Shown here in pieces: positions 12,553 to 25,803 of a stretch of 64,000 nt of DNA; within the stretch, counting starts at the first letter, position 1, and every line of letters starts with the position of its first letter. The stretch is from NCBI GenBank assembly GCA_964016885.1, contig OZ024745.1, positions 44,578,001 through 44,642,000 on the forward strand, in the 5' to 3' direction. Below the pieces are notes generated by a model. It saw only the letters and a list, made by a program, of their open reading frames with translations, searched no databases and had not been told where the DNA came from. The stretch comes from Eledone cirrhosa. Its lineage: Eukaryota. The translations under genes were made by a program, and so were the position numbers.

Positions 12553-12759
12553 AAATGGTCCCCTCCCTCTCGGTTAAAAAAAAAAGCCAAAAAAGAAAAA
12601 ATTCCCAGTGAAGAAAACCCTGAGGCTGAGAAAACCTGAAGTTCCCCACTAATTCTGTTTTTGGAATTGTACGATTTTTAAACATCATAATGTCTACAGT
12701 TAAGAAAATTTATTGTCAATACAGTATTGATTATTTATCTTATGGGTTTATTGCTTCTC

Positions 12760-13015
12760 CCTCTTCTTCTTCTTGCTCTTGCTCAATGAGGCTGGGGTCA
12801 TCCTAAGCCAGCGATCCCAAAGCATCGTCATGTGTAGAGCCGACCAGGTCCACCAACGCCCTCCATCGCTGGCAGTCCCATGCTAGCTCCTTTGCATCAT
12901 ACAAGGTGATGTCATACCTCTTGATCTTACCTGATATCTTCTTCTTCTCCTCCTCCTCCCACTTGTCCTCAAACATTCATTCCAGAGGATCCTGTCAGAA
13001 GCAACCGTCTCTAAC
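12760..13015 (-). mobile_element. LINE 3' end (second RTE-like family) with (GAA)n tail
   Basis: Shares CCTGTCAGAAGCAACCGTCTC with fragments at ~23040, 24630, 37110, 45420 and 56600; the minus strand reads AKELAWDCQRWRALV. Confidence 0.6.
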
Positions 13016-13309
13016 AGATTATCCGTGTCAACATATCATCCACATTCAATGCTTATACCTCACTGTCATGCTGCACCATACTTATTACAATAATTTGCCA
13101 TTAATAAAATGATATATATATGGCAGAAGTAGTATAGCACTGGACAACAAAATTCCTTGTGCTATACATTCTGGCTCTTGGCATTAATAATACTTTTAAG
13201 GGTCAATATATAAAGTACCAGTCTAGAGTATTAAATTGCCAGAATCATTAGAATACTGGATGTGACGCTTTGTGATATTTGTTCCAATCCATGTATTCTG
13301 AATTCAAAT

Positions 13310-13766
13310 CCTGTTATGACATAACAGCTATGATATACAAGCTATAGCATATCAGCTATGACATACCAGTTATGACATACCAGTTATGACATACCAGCTA
13401 TAACATACCAGCTATAACATACCAGTTATGATATATCAGCTATAACATACAAGCTACGATATATCGGCTATGACATACCAGCTATAACATGTCAGCTATG
13501 ACATACCTGCTATGATATATCAACTATAACATACCAACTATGATATACCAGCTATGACAAACCAGTTATAACAAACCAGCTATGACATATTACCTATGAC
13601 AGGCCAGCTATGACATATAGCTATGGCATACCAGCTTTGACAGGCCAGCTATGACATGCCAGCTATGACATACCAGCTATGACATATCAGCTATGACATA
13701 TCAGCTATGACTTACCATCTATGACATACAAGCTACGATATATCAGCTATGACATACCAGCTATGA
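13310..13766. repeat. Minisatellite, 14-bp unit CAGCTATGACATAC, about 32 copies
   Basis: Direct tandem array. Confidence 0.92.
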
Positions 13767-14177
13767 TGGAGAGGATTTACCTCCTACCACAAACACACTC
13801 AGTTACAATAAGAATAAATCATATGGTTCCATTTCTATAATAGCTTATATTTTCATTGAATCAGGATGAAATTTCAATATGTATATTCAGAAATAACTTG
13901 TCAAACTAACAACTATTCATGTAGTATATGTTTAGTAAACAGCTACACCTTAGTAGTATACAAGTTTAGCTGATAATGTCCACTCAAGACACCATGAAAT
14001 TAGTTATTATATGATAACATTTTAAAGAAAAATGCTAAAAATATGACTTAAAGGTAATGTAACTCTAATATTCTGTTATTTGTCATATTTGTAAATTGCC
14101 ACATAAAGTTGAATAAAAAAAGAAATACCAGTAAATAAATTTTGCAATATTTTTTTTAAAATAATTTATGAAAAATA

Positions 14178-14916
14178 TATGGTAGGGAGAAATATAACAG
14201 GTAGGGGGGAGAAATACGTATGCAATAGATGTACAGGAAAATTAGACAGTAGAAGTCGCATTGATAGACACATTTTTCAAATGCAGGCGGATGCTATAGA
14301 AGTGGTGGATAGCTTCCAGTACCTAGGAGATCAGATTAGCATGGGAGGGGGATGTTCCGAGGTCATAGTATCTAGAATAAGGACGGGTTGGAAGAAGTTT
14401 AGGGAGCTGCTTCCTCTGCTGACGAAGAAGGGTTTCTCCCTGCGTACGAAAGGCCGGTTATATGATGCCTGTGTGAGGAGCGCGATGCTGCATGGTAGTG
14501 AGACATGGGCAGCAACTGCGATGGCTGGAGAGAAATGAGGCAAGCATGCTCCGTTGGATGTGCAATGTCAATGTGCGTGAACGACCCAGCATGGATGTGT
14601 TGAGAGAGAAACTGTGTCTGAGAGGGATAGAATGTAGTGTGCGAGAGAGGAGACTGCAGTGGTATGTACATGTGATGCGCATGGAGGATGATCGATGGGT
14701 GAAGAAGTGCCAGGAAATGCCAGTTGAAGGAAGACGTGGTAGAGGTAGACCACGAAAAACATGGGCGGAGGTGGTGAGAACAGACCTCAGATCGCTGAAG
14801 CTCACGGTGGAGATGACGAAGGACCGTGACAAGTGGAGAGATGCTGTGCTGAAAAAGACCTGTCCCACCCTTGCAAGCAGGGAAAAGCAGACGTAAAATG
14901 ATGATGATGATGATGA
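14178..14916 (+). mobile_element. RTE-clade LINE 3' fragment with (TGA)n tail
   Basis: [58 protein letters not shown]; frameshifted. Confidence 0.92.
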
Positions 14917-15088
14917 TATGCTCACTTGTATATGACATTACACTTACTGATCCTGTATATACAGTATGGTGTTTCACATATCATGTTATAAATAGCAATT
15001 GTTCAGAAATCAGTAATATTTATCATCACTATCACTGTTTAATGTCTACTTTCCATGCAGGCATGGGTTAGCTGACCAGTAAGAAACT

Positions 15089-15320
15089 TTACTTTCCAAT
15101 ACAGAAATCTCTAAAAATGACATCAAGAATATCTTCTGATGAAATTTCTCCAAGGATTTTGCCAAATTGTCTCAGTGATTTTCTTAAATACTCTGCCATT
15201 AAAACATCATCTCTATTCAACCACAAAAGACTTGTTTCCAAATGTGTTATGCTGTTCCTTAAATGAGATCGATGACGTTGCCTAGTGAAGCTCGCATTAC
15301 CTGTCTGTGGATCTCCATAC
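15089..15320 (-). CDS. GTPBP3: GTPBP3 coding exon 8 (terminal)
   Basis: cag|[17 protein letters not shown]...AEYLR...[18 protein letters not shown]. Confidence 0.96.
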
Positions 15321-16965
15321 CTGCAAAGTAGAAAGCAGAATATTTTGTTCAATTGTAAAGTAATTTTGAGGTATAATACAACTTATAATTGTTTCTACTT
15401 TAGGCACAAGGCCAGCAATTACCCAGTGCATTACTGGTACTTTATTTTATCGACCCCGTAAGGATGAAAGGCAAAGTCAACCTCGGCGGGATTTACAAGT
15501 TACTAGGAATATGTTAGGAGATAAGTATTTCCCCATAAATTAAGAAAAACCACATATAGTATGAAATTTATGTAAACATATAGCATTGTTATATCCAGGG
15601 AATGTTACTTTATATAAATACAGTATGCTATTTAAACCCTTTTGATACCAAATTGCTTGAAACCACCTTAGATTTATGATACAAAGCTGCTCATTTTAAA
15701 ATGTTCATACTTATGTATATTAAAACCTTCCAGCATGGTTTTATTTAAATTTTTGTTAAGTAATGTTTCAAAAATCTAATGAAAAAGTTAATTATTTCAT
15801 TAAATTCTTCAGAATTTGTTTTATTATTTTCAAAATTGATTGATACAAACAGGCAGTGCCTTTCATTAGAAATACGCTATGTTGTTGTTGGACCTCTGTC
15901 ATTTCTGACTAGTGCTCTGATTGATTTAATCACTGGAACTGCCTGTTCATGAAATTACTGTGTAAGTGGATGAGCATTCCATTGATGATGATGGTGTGAT
16001 GATGATGATGATGATAATAGTAATGACAATGAAGATGAAGGTGATAATGTATTAACACACACACACACACACATATATATACACCGCAGTGGCGAAGGGT
16101 AACCTGGAAAGCAGGGCATGCAGTCCAATCGCCATGGCAGAAAGTGGGGCTGTGCAGCCTTACAGCCCCCCCCCCCCCCCCGCCCCAATTCCCTCTAAAT
16201 TACCCTCCCAGTCAAAGCCGCATGTAGTGTTATCTAGTGTGTGTGTGTGTTATCTTTTTTTTTGTGTCTATACGTTTTAGTAAGCAGCCAAAATTCTGCT
16301 TGCTTCAACCGACGCAATTGATCAACTCAAGATCTATAACGCATGCACTGCATGTGTTGCATGCACGGACCCTTCGCCCCTGATATACCGTGTTTCCTTG
16401 ATTATAAGCCATGGCTTATATTAATTTTTACTCCGAAATGTACCACTACGGCTTATTTTCGGGGGAAGGGGTTCATATACCGAAAAAACGACACTACAAA
16501 ACCGAAAATTACAAATTCGCTAAATGATTGGAAATTACGAAAAAAAACAATCGGCATTTACGCGTAACGTTTACTTGAAAGATCAAATTTATTAAAAATT
16601 AACACACCCTTTAATTCAAAAACTCATGAGCGAAATAATCCACTAATTTATTCAAAAATAATCATGTCATCCTGCTCTGGAATGTCATTGTTTTCCAAAT
16701 CAGTGGATTCAATGATTCCTGTGGAATTTTCTTGTGACTCAATTGCCTGCAGAATTTTCGTCCCTAGTCTTTCATGTTGAGCGATAGAGGTCGAATTGAA
16801 TGGAGAGTTCTTATCCAGATAGCCTGCTCATAGTACATTCATGACACAGCTATCTGGCGTTCAGTTTTGCTACGGCTTATTTTCGAGGCATGGCTTATAT
16901 TAAATCCATCCTGAAATATAGTGCTACGGCTTATTTTAGGCGGTGGCTTATAATGGGGGAAACAC

Positions 16966-17023
<58 letters not shown>

Positions 17024-20000
17024 GAAATTATTTACCTCTCTTTTACTTTTTGCAATAAGATATTCAGAAACTGTTGGAGGCCATCTTTAGTTAAACATGA
17101 CAAGAAACAATACGAAGGCTGAATGTGGGGAGGGTGACCATCATACCACATATTCAGCATATATTTGTCTAATAAATCACTTTTGTTAAATACAACAATA
17201 ACATTATCAATGTCTATTCTATGCTCGGTACTTTTAGCTGGAATAATGCTGTCATTTGATATTGGTTCTTCATATGTACATTTTGAGGAATCCAACATAT
17301 TTTTTATATATTCTTGGATGTAATTTTTCAAAGAGGTTTGAGGATGTTGTAGTAATATCTTGCAATGTTTTGAAGCATCCATCATCAATACAATTATATT
17401 GGCCTGAAGACATCTGCAAGAATTGAAATAGAATTTATGGAAAGTCTTAAACAAAAAATGGCAAGAATATAAAACTATTATAATCTTTTGATGAAAGGAA
17501 TTTTACCCCGAAATATAAGGAACTGCAAGGTAATATAAAGAACTGCAAGGTAACATCCTAACATCGTGATTATCATATTTTGAACATTTTAACATTAATT
17601 CACATTGTGGTAGCTTTCAGAGAAAACATTTTCAAAACTACTTTTTTTAAAAATGAGTATGATAACAGTCGATCACTGTAAATAATAGTTGAGAAAATTG
17701 GTTAAAGTATTCCTGGAGATGGGAAAAACTGGATTGAGGGGCTTCCAGTTATTTTAAAGAAAAATATCAAAGTTTACTAATCATGAATATGGAAAACAAA
17801 TTAATAGAAAACATGTTTGGGAGGGGTATTTCTTTGAAAGAAGGAATAGGTAAGATTTTAGTAAAGGTTCAGTAAGATCATCATCAATATCACCACCACC
17901 CTGACCACCATCAATACCACCACCACTATTACCACTATCATCACCACTAACATCAACGACAACCCCACCACCACCTTCCAGACCAGTATCCGATGAAGTA
18001 TGTTGACAAATATGAAGTCACAGTTCTATCTTTCCATACTTAACTTTATTAAATAACAACTGTTATGTACATTTCAGAGGTGTTAGACAATAGCGGTATG
18101 TCATAGCTGGCATGTCATTGTTGGTAAGTCATAACTTATGTAACAAGATTTTATAACTATTGTTTAACACCTCTGAAATGTAAATAACGTTCTTTATCTA
18201 ATAAATTGAAATATGGAAATGTAGAATCGTGTTTTCATATTTATTAACATATATATCATCATCATCATAAAATGGGTTTCTTTTCAGTTTCCATCTATTA
18301 AATTCACTCACAAAGCATTACTTGACCAAGGTGGCTCACAGTGGGAATGAAGCCCAAAACCATATTTTTGCAAAGCAAAAACTTTTTAACATCACAGCCA
18401 ATTACAGAAAAAGTCTGTCTCAAGCCTGAAGGCTCATTGGGCTGGTGCTTATCCTAGTTTCCATGGCTTGAAGTGACTGAGAGTACAAGACTTACCCTTG
18501 GACAGGACACCAGTCCATTGCAGGTACTCATTTTCAGCTGAGTATACTGGAACAATGTGGAAATGACGTGTTTTGCTCAAGAACACAACACACAACTCAA
18601 TCCAGGAATTGAACCCATGACATTATGATTGTAAGTCTAACACTCTTACCAGAGAAGATTGTAATATTCATAGAAGAGCAAAGAGCTAAATATTTAGATA
18701 GTATTGGTGAGTGCTGGCTTACTTGTCAGACAGACTGTTTTATTTGGATGTAATCCAGAATGTATATAAGTTCATAGCCGTTGTACTCTTCAAAATAAGA
18801 AAGCAACAGAAATAATCTGATTACACTGAATTTAATATTTATAACTACTTTTTTTATGTTGGATCATTGTGTAAAATATAGGACTTTCCTTTGTGTGTTT
18901 CTTAACCTTGGAGAATGACGTAACTTAAATGTACAGATTCCTGCATGCTACTACTGAACTAGCAGCAGCTGTCTAGATATGATTAAGGATAAATAACACT
19001 GGGGTGAGGTATGAGACTAACTGCAACTGTTGTACATCTAGATAGTTTATTGTGTTGGGATATGAAGAAGGAAAGCAAGCAACAGCAAGTATAAAAAAAA
19101 TACCTAACCTAAGAGAGATACAAAGGTTTATAAAACCTATTACTCTGTAGTTTAGTTACAGTATCTCTATAATGATTTGAGATAGATAAATGAAGATAGA
19201 TATAAGAAGAACATGGTAACTACTATAGTAAAAATAAATTAATTTAGTCCATTACAAAAGTAAATCAAACAGACAATGTCCAGCTGTGAATAGAAGCAGA
19301 TTATAATCCAAAGGTAAGAATGTCCAACAATTACTTAAGTCCTTATCCCAGTAGGAGGTCAATTTTTGCCTTTCATCCTTTCAGGGTCAATAAATTATAT
19401 ACCAGTCCAAGGCAGTGGATTGGCAGAATTGTTACAATCTAAGGTGAGATATTTTGCAATCAGCATCTGTTCTACTTCTTGACAATTTGAGTTCAAATTC
19501 TGCCAAGATACCAATAGCTAGGGTTATTCACCCAATCACAAAAGCATCTTGTTCAACACACGCTTGGCCAACATGGACAGGAAGGCCAAAAACTAGCATA
19601 AATGTTGAAACTTCTTCATCTAGTAATGGATTAAAAACAGCTGGGTGAGTGAGTGACATTATTGACAAGATAAAAGGTTAAATTAATCTTGGTAAAATTA
19701 TCAATTTAAACATTAATCCCTTAAAGTATCCATTTTGTGATTCTTACCACCAAAATAAATTCAGCTTAATTATTAATAGGGATCAATAGGAATGGTTGCT
19801 TAGTGGTAAGGGTGATGGACTTGTAGCGCTCTCTAGACAGGAAGTAGCTGGAGTTACTTCCCGTTGAGGTGGCAGAACCTTCTTTGTGACTTCCGTCCAG
19901 GGACCCTATAAAGGAGAGAGCTGAAAGCTATCTCCCTCTCTTTTAACCTGCCTGACCCTTCGGCCAGGCGCGTTCCGCCGAGGGTATACTCTCTGGCAAC

Positions 20001-23000
20001 CTGAACATGGTAATGTAAAGACCTCTTGGTCTCTTGCGCGCTGACTTCAAAAAGGTAAATACCTAACTTTCTTTCGTCGTGAAATCACTAGCCAACATGT
20101 AACACAACAACTTAACCACGGCCTGGCAACACTTCAGCCAGTGGACCGTGTCTTCTGAATTCCTTAATTCATTCTTTCATCTCTCTTGGCATGTCAACTA
20201 TTCAGCTCTACTCAGCTCAATCTTCGTAAATAAATATTGTACATACACCTGTCACCCTGTTATAGACTTATGAATATAATTGTTTCTACTTTTGGCACAA
20301 GGCCAGCAATTACCCAGTACATTACTGGTACTTTATTTTATCGATCCCGTAAGGATGAAGGGCAAAGTTAACCTCGGCGGGATTTGAACTCAGACCATGA
20401 AGGGATGTAACTATGCTGGAAAGCATGGCGTCCGACTCTCTACAGATACTGCCAATCCACCACCCTAACTATAATGTCATGGGTTCAATTCCTGGATTGG
20501 TTTGTATGTTATGTTCTTGAGGAAAACACTTCATTTCATGTTGCCCCAGTATACTCAGTATATAACCCTGTGATAAACTGGCATCCTGTCCAGAAGGGGA
20601 GTCTTGTACTTTCACTCACTTACTGCAAGCACTTGTCTGAAGAACCTCTGGGTATAAGACAGACTTTAGATAGAAATTGTTGTGTGGTTAAGAGGTTCTC
20701 TTTAATACAACATAGTTTTTAGTACGATCTCATTGCATAGCACCTTGAGCAAGTCTCCTCTATCATAACCATAGTAGACCAAAGACCATAGCACCTTGAG
20801 CAAGTCTCCTCTATCATAACCATAGTAGACCAAAGACCATAGCAACTTGAACAAGTCTCCTCTATCATAACCATAGTTGACCAAAGACCATAGCACCTTG
20901 AGCAAGTCTCCTCTATCATAACCATAGTAGACCAAAGACCATAGCACCTTGAGCAAGTCTCCTCTATCATAACCATAGTAGACCAAAGACCATAGTAACT
21001 TGAACAAGTCTCCTCTATCATAACCATAGTAGACCAAATACCATAGCACCTTGAGCAAGTCTCCTCTATCATAACCATAGTTGACCAAAGACCATATCAC
21101 CTTGAGCAGGTCTCCTCTATCATAACCATAGTAGACCAAAGACCTGTCATGAAATTTAGTAGACATAAACTGCAGTGGGAGCTTTCAGAGAAACTATTCC
21201 TGTCCTTGAATGATAGACTTAATCTGCCGCCCAGTTCAACATCATCGCCTGACCCTTCTTCCTCCCACCAGTCCTGGAAGCCCTCAAAAAGATAATGAGT
21301 ACTGTCCTTTCTTTACTATGACATTAAAAACAAAAGTTTACTCTGTATCATCTAAGGCAGTTACATAAGAAATAAATCTTTCAAACAAACCTCTCAATAG
21401 CTCTTTGTACACCTTCTGATTCAATAGCATTGGTTGTCTCTCTCACACCAGCAGTATCACAGAATAATACAGGATAACCTCCAATGTTATGAAAAGAGTC
21501 TATTACATCTCGAGTGGTGCCTGCTATAGGAGAAACAATTGCTGCAGGACGTTGGCCTGAAAATGTAAAAAAAAATCATTCTAACAAATAAAATGAATTA
21601 GAATCATTATCCAATACACATTACAGTGGTGATTAGGCAGAATCATTAGAGTGTTGGACAAAATGGTTAGCAGTATTTGTTCTGGCTCTTTATATTCTGA
21701 TTCAAATCCCATTGTGGCTTACCTGGCTGGAAGACTAAATCCATTACCCAGTTTAATGCCCCCACCTGACTCTTCGGTGTTTTTAGCAGAGTCCACTCTA
21801 GTACAAGTATTTGGACCAGGTTTCTGGTTTGTAGATAATTTCCTTTCTCCCACCCACCAGTCTTTGGGACCTTGAGGGTCATGAGTACTGCCCTTCCCTT
21901 CTTAACTAAACAGTGAAAGAAAAAAAACTATACAACAGTCTACTATAAAAGAAAACCATGACTTATAAGCCAACAAATGGCCTCTCCATGACCACTGACC
22001 TGCTGTAAACAGCAAAATAGCAATCAAAACTCATACTACACCCAACTGTCCTAAATAAAGGATACATTAGATAATGTAATCCTAGATACACTCCCCATAC
22101 ACTGGGCATAGCTGGAATGTCTTCAATCATAGTTTTGTTCAATCAGAATTGATTTAGGGTTAAACAACAATCTTTATCATTTTACACCTGCTTTTCCATG
22201 CTTGCATGGGTTAGATGAGTCTTTCTAGCACAACTTCTTTCAACTCATAGCTTTCTTTAATCTCCTTTGTGACGTTCAGCATTTTAAGATAAGCAGTAAC
22301 CATCTCTGCCCAGATTTTTCTCAGTTTTCCTCTACTGTACTTTCCTTTCACAGGCATCTCCTGGCACTTCTTCACCCAGAATTTATCATTCATATGTATC
22401 ACATGTCCATACCAATGCAGTCTTCACTTTTACACACTATATTCAATTCCTTTTATACCTAGTTTTAATCTCAGTTTATCTCAGCCCTGTCATGCATACG
22501 GACATTACACATCCATTGGAGCATACTCATTTCATTTCTTTCAAGCCTCTACATATGTTCTGCATTTGCTGCCCATGTTTCACTACCATGCAACATCACA
22601 CATTTCCAATAACTATAAAATATCACAAAATACTCACATATGCAGTTAAGTAAACTGCTTTTTCCAACATTAGTTTCACCCAAAAGAGTAACTTGAATCC
22701 CATTTCGAAGAAGTTCACCACGGCGACTGTCCTTTAAATGTTCTTTCATTTCATGGATTACTTGTTTAATTTTTTCTTCAGCTGAAATTTTATAAATAGA
22801 CAAACTGAACCCTTTTGATACCAAATTAACTGAAACTGCCCTGGTTCTATAATTCCCCCTCCTCCTCCTCCTTCTTCTTTTCCTCTCCTCCTTATCTCAC
22901 TCTCCTTCTTTTTTCTTTATTCCCCCTCCTCCTCTTCCTTCTTTTCCTCTCCTCCTCATCCTGCCCCTCCTTTTTACTTCTTTTTCTACTTATTCCAGAG

Positions 23001-25740
23001 ATGGTCATGGGGGCAGAATCCTTTGGCATGCCAGAGTGTCCTGTCAGAAGCAACCATCTCCAATTGATCTAGTTGGATCCCTAAGTGAGATCAGCTAAGC
23101 TCATGGATGTTATCCAACCAGATTACTTGTAGTCCACCTCTGGGTCTCCTGCCTGTAAAATCTGTCCATTGATATTTCCCTGAGACATACTGACCACATG
23201 TCTGTAGTATTGGAGCTGGAGCAGTAGCGGCTCTGTCTGAAGTGAATCCCTCATCTCTGAGCTATACACTCTATCAAATAACATTACTCCAAAGACTCCC
23301 AGAGGAACCCCATCATCATTATCGTCATTATCATCATCATCATTACCATCATCAATATCATCACCAGCATCATCATCATCATCAACATCATCACCATCAT
23401 CAACATCATCATCAAAAGCAGTGGATTGGTAGAATCATTACAATATCAGACAAAAAGCATTGCAACATTTGGTTATAGCCAGCCCTTTACGTTCTGAATT
23501 AAAATCCTGCTGAGGTAAACTTTGCCCTTCATCTTTTTCAAAGTTGATAAATAAAGTACTAGTCAGGTACTGGGGTCGATGTAATTGACTTTACCCTCCT
23601 CTCAAATTGTTAGACATGTGCATAAATTAGAAATCATCATCATTGGTTTAAAATTTAGATTTCTATCTGGACTGTATAAAGTAAGTGTACACAATAGTTA
23701 AATAAGAGAAAGCAAGACAAAGACTGAGATGTTGACAAAGTTTGCTTACCTTCTTCAAGTACAGAATCTTCAATATTTTCATCCTCACTGAAATCTATGT
23801 AAGCTTCAACATTAGCAGCACACTAAACAAACCAATAAAAAGAATTTGCTTTGAAGAAAAACAGAAACTTTAAAAATTAAATGAACATTAATAAATTCTT
23901 GAACATTTTAACCATAGCAACATTAATAAACACTTCAAAGGGCTAAATCTGTTGCTTAGGCAAACTTTAACTTTTAACATACACAAAAGTGCCCAGTCCA
24001 CACTGTAAAGTGGTCATGTTGGTATCATGACAAAAAGCACTCAGCCCACACTGTAAAGTGGTCATGTAGGTGTCACGACAAAAAGCATCCTGCCTACACT
24101 GTAAAGTTGTCATGAAGGTGTCACAACAAAAAGCATCCCGCCTACACTGTAAATGTGGTTGGTGTTAGAAAGGGCATCGTGAAGGCGCATGGCTTAGTGG
24201 TTAGAGCATTGGGCTTGCAATCGAAAGGTTGTGAGTTCAATACTCGGACCGGGTGATGTGTTGTTTCCTTGAGCAAGACACATTGCTCCAGTTTACTCAG
24301 TTGTAGAAATGAAATGATAGGACTGGGGTCCCTATCATTCCACTGCAAAATGGTCGTGGAGGTGCCACAGCAAAAAAGCACCCAGCACTCACTGTAAATA
24401 AGTTTGGTGTTAGGAAGGTCATCCAGCTGTAGAAATCAAGCCAGAATCAGTTCCCGTATGAGCAAGACAAGATCAGCCGACTGGACACTGCCCACAGCAG
24501 GACAACCAGTCTAATCCATGCTAGCGTGGAACAACAGACGTAAAAAGGTGATGATGATGATGATCTAGTCATAGAAACCTAGCTATGAACAGTTTTGTAT
24601 GAGCAAGACATGGTCACGATCAGTGGGTCCGGTCAGAAGCAACCATTTCCAACTGAATCAGCTGGATCCCCAAGACCAGCCAACCTCATGTATGTTATCC
24701 AACCATCTTGCTCGGGGTCTACCCCTGCATCTCCTGGCGGTTGGTTTTTCTCATAAAATCTGTCCAACAATCCTTACCAGAGACATTCTAACGACATGCC
24801 CATAGTATGGGAACTGTGATCTCCTGATGCCAGCAATTTATAACTATTTCATCTAACCCATTCTAGCGTGGGAAAATGGACATTAAACGGTGATGATGAT
24901 GATGATTTGATTTGACCTAATAACATTGAAAAAAAAATTATCTTTAGAAGATTGGAAAAGAAAAACTTACCTTTAATAGAATTGATTTCCAGCTGTGGTA
25001 CAGCTTACTTAGTTGCCCCTCCATCTGTAATAATGCTTGTTGATGTTGCATTTCTGTTTCAGCATGCAGTAAATCTGATAAACCCTCCACCTCTGTCAGA
25101 TCAAGTTTACCATTTAAAAATGCTCTGTATAAATATACCCATGCAAGCGTGGAAGATGGACGTTAAACGATGATGATGACGATGATGATGATATATATTA
25201 GAGATTTGAAAACAAGAACAACAATCAGAAAAAAATATATTCATTTGCTCATCTTAACTGCAATGAAATATCTAACGAGGAAATTATTGCTAATTTTAAT
25301 AAAAAGTTTAACATATCTTGCATTCACCATCACCTTGGCAGTATGGAAACCAGGGTGTAGTGACGATGATGGTGGTGGTGGTGGTGATGATATCGGTGGT
25401 GGTGGTGGTGGTGATGACGATGGAGGTGATAGTGATGATGATGATCATCATCATCATCGTAATCATGATGATGATGGTAATTATAATAATGGTGGTGATG
25501 ATGGTGATGTAATAGAGGTCAAATTTTAACACAGAGGAATTTAACACCATTTATATTTTCATGGAGCGTCTGTGTATGTGTGGCATGTTTGTATGTGTTT
25601 GTCTGGGTGTGGCATGTGTATGTAGCATGTTTGTATGTGTGTCTGTGTGTGTGTAGACATAGATGTATGAGTGTATGTGTGGTTGGTCTGTGTGTGTGTG
25701 TGTATCTGTGTGTGTGTCTGTGTGTGGTGAATGTTGTGGT

Positions 25741-25803
<63 letters not shown>

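Noticed and set aside
14399-14977. 192-aa and 155-aa minus-strand ORFs
   Set aside because: Antisense frames of the RTE fragment.
20702-21166. Repetitive 154-aa and 119-aa ORFs; CRISPR-like appearance
   Set aside because: Contiguous 51-bp tandem units with no unique spacers, derived from a SINE; the ORFs are a by-product of a unit length divisible by 3.
23242-23478. Poly-His ORF
   Set aside because: (CAT)n simple repeat next to a LINE fragment in an intron.
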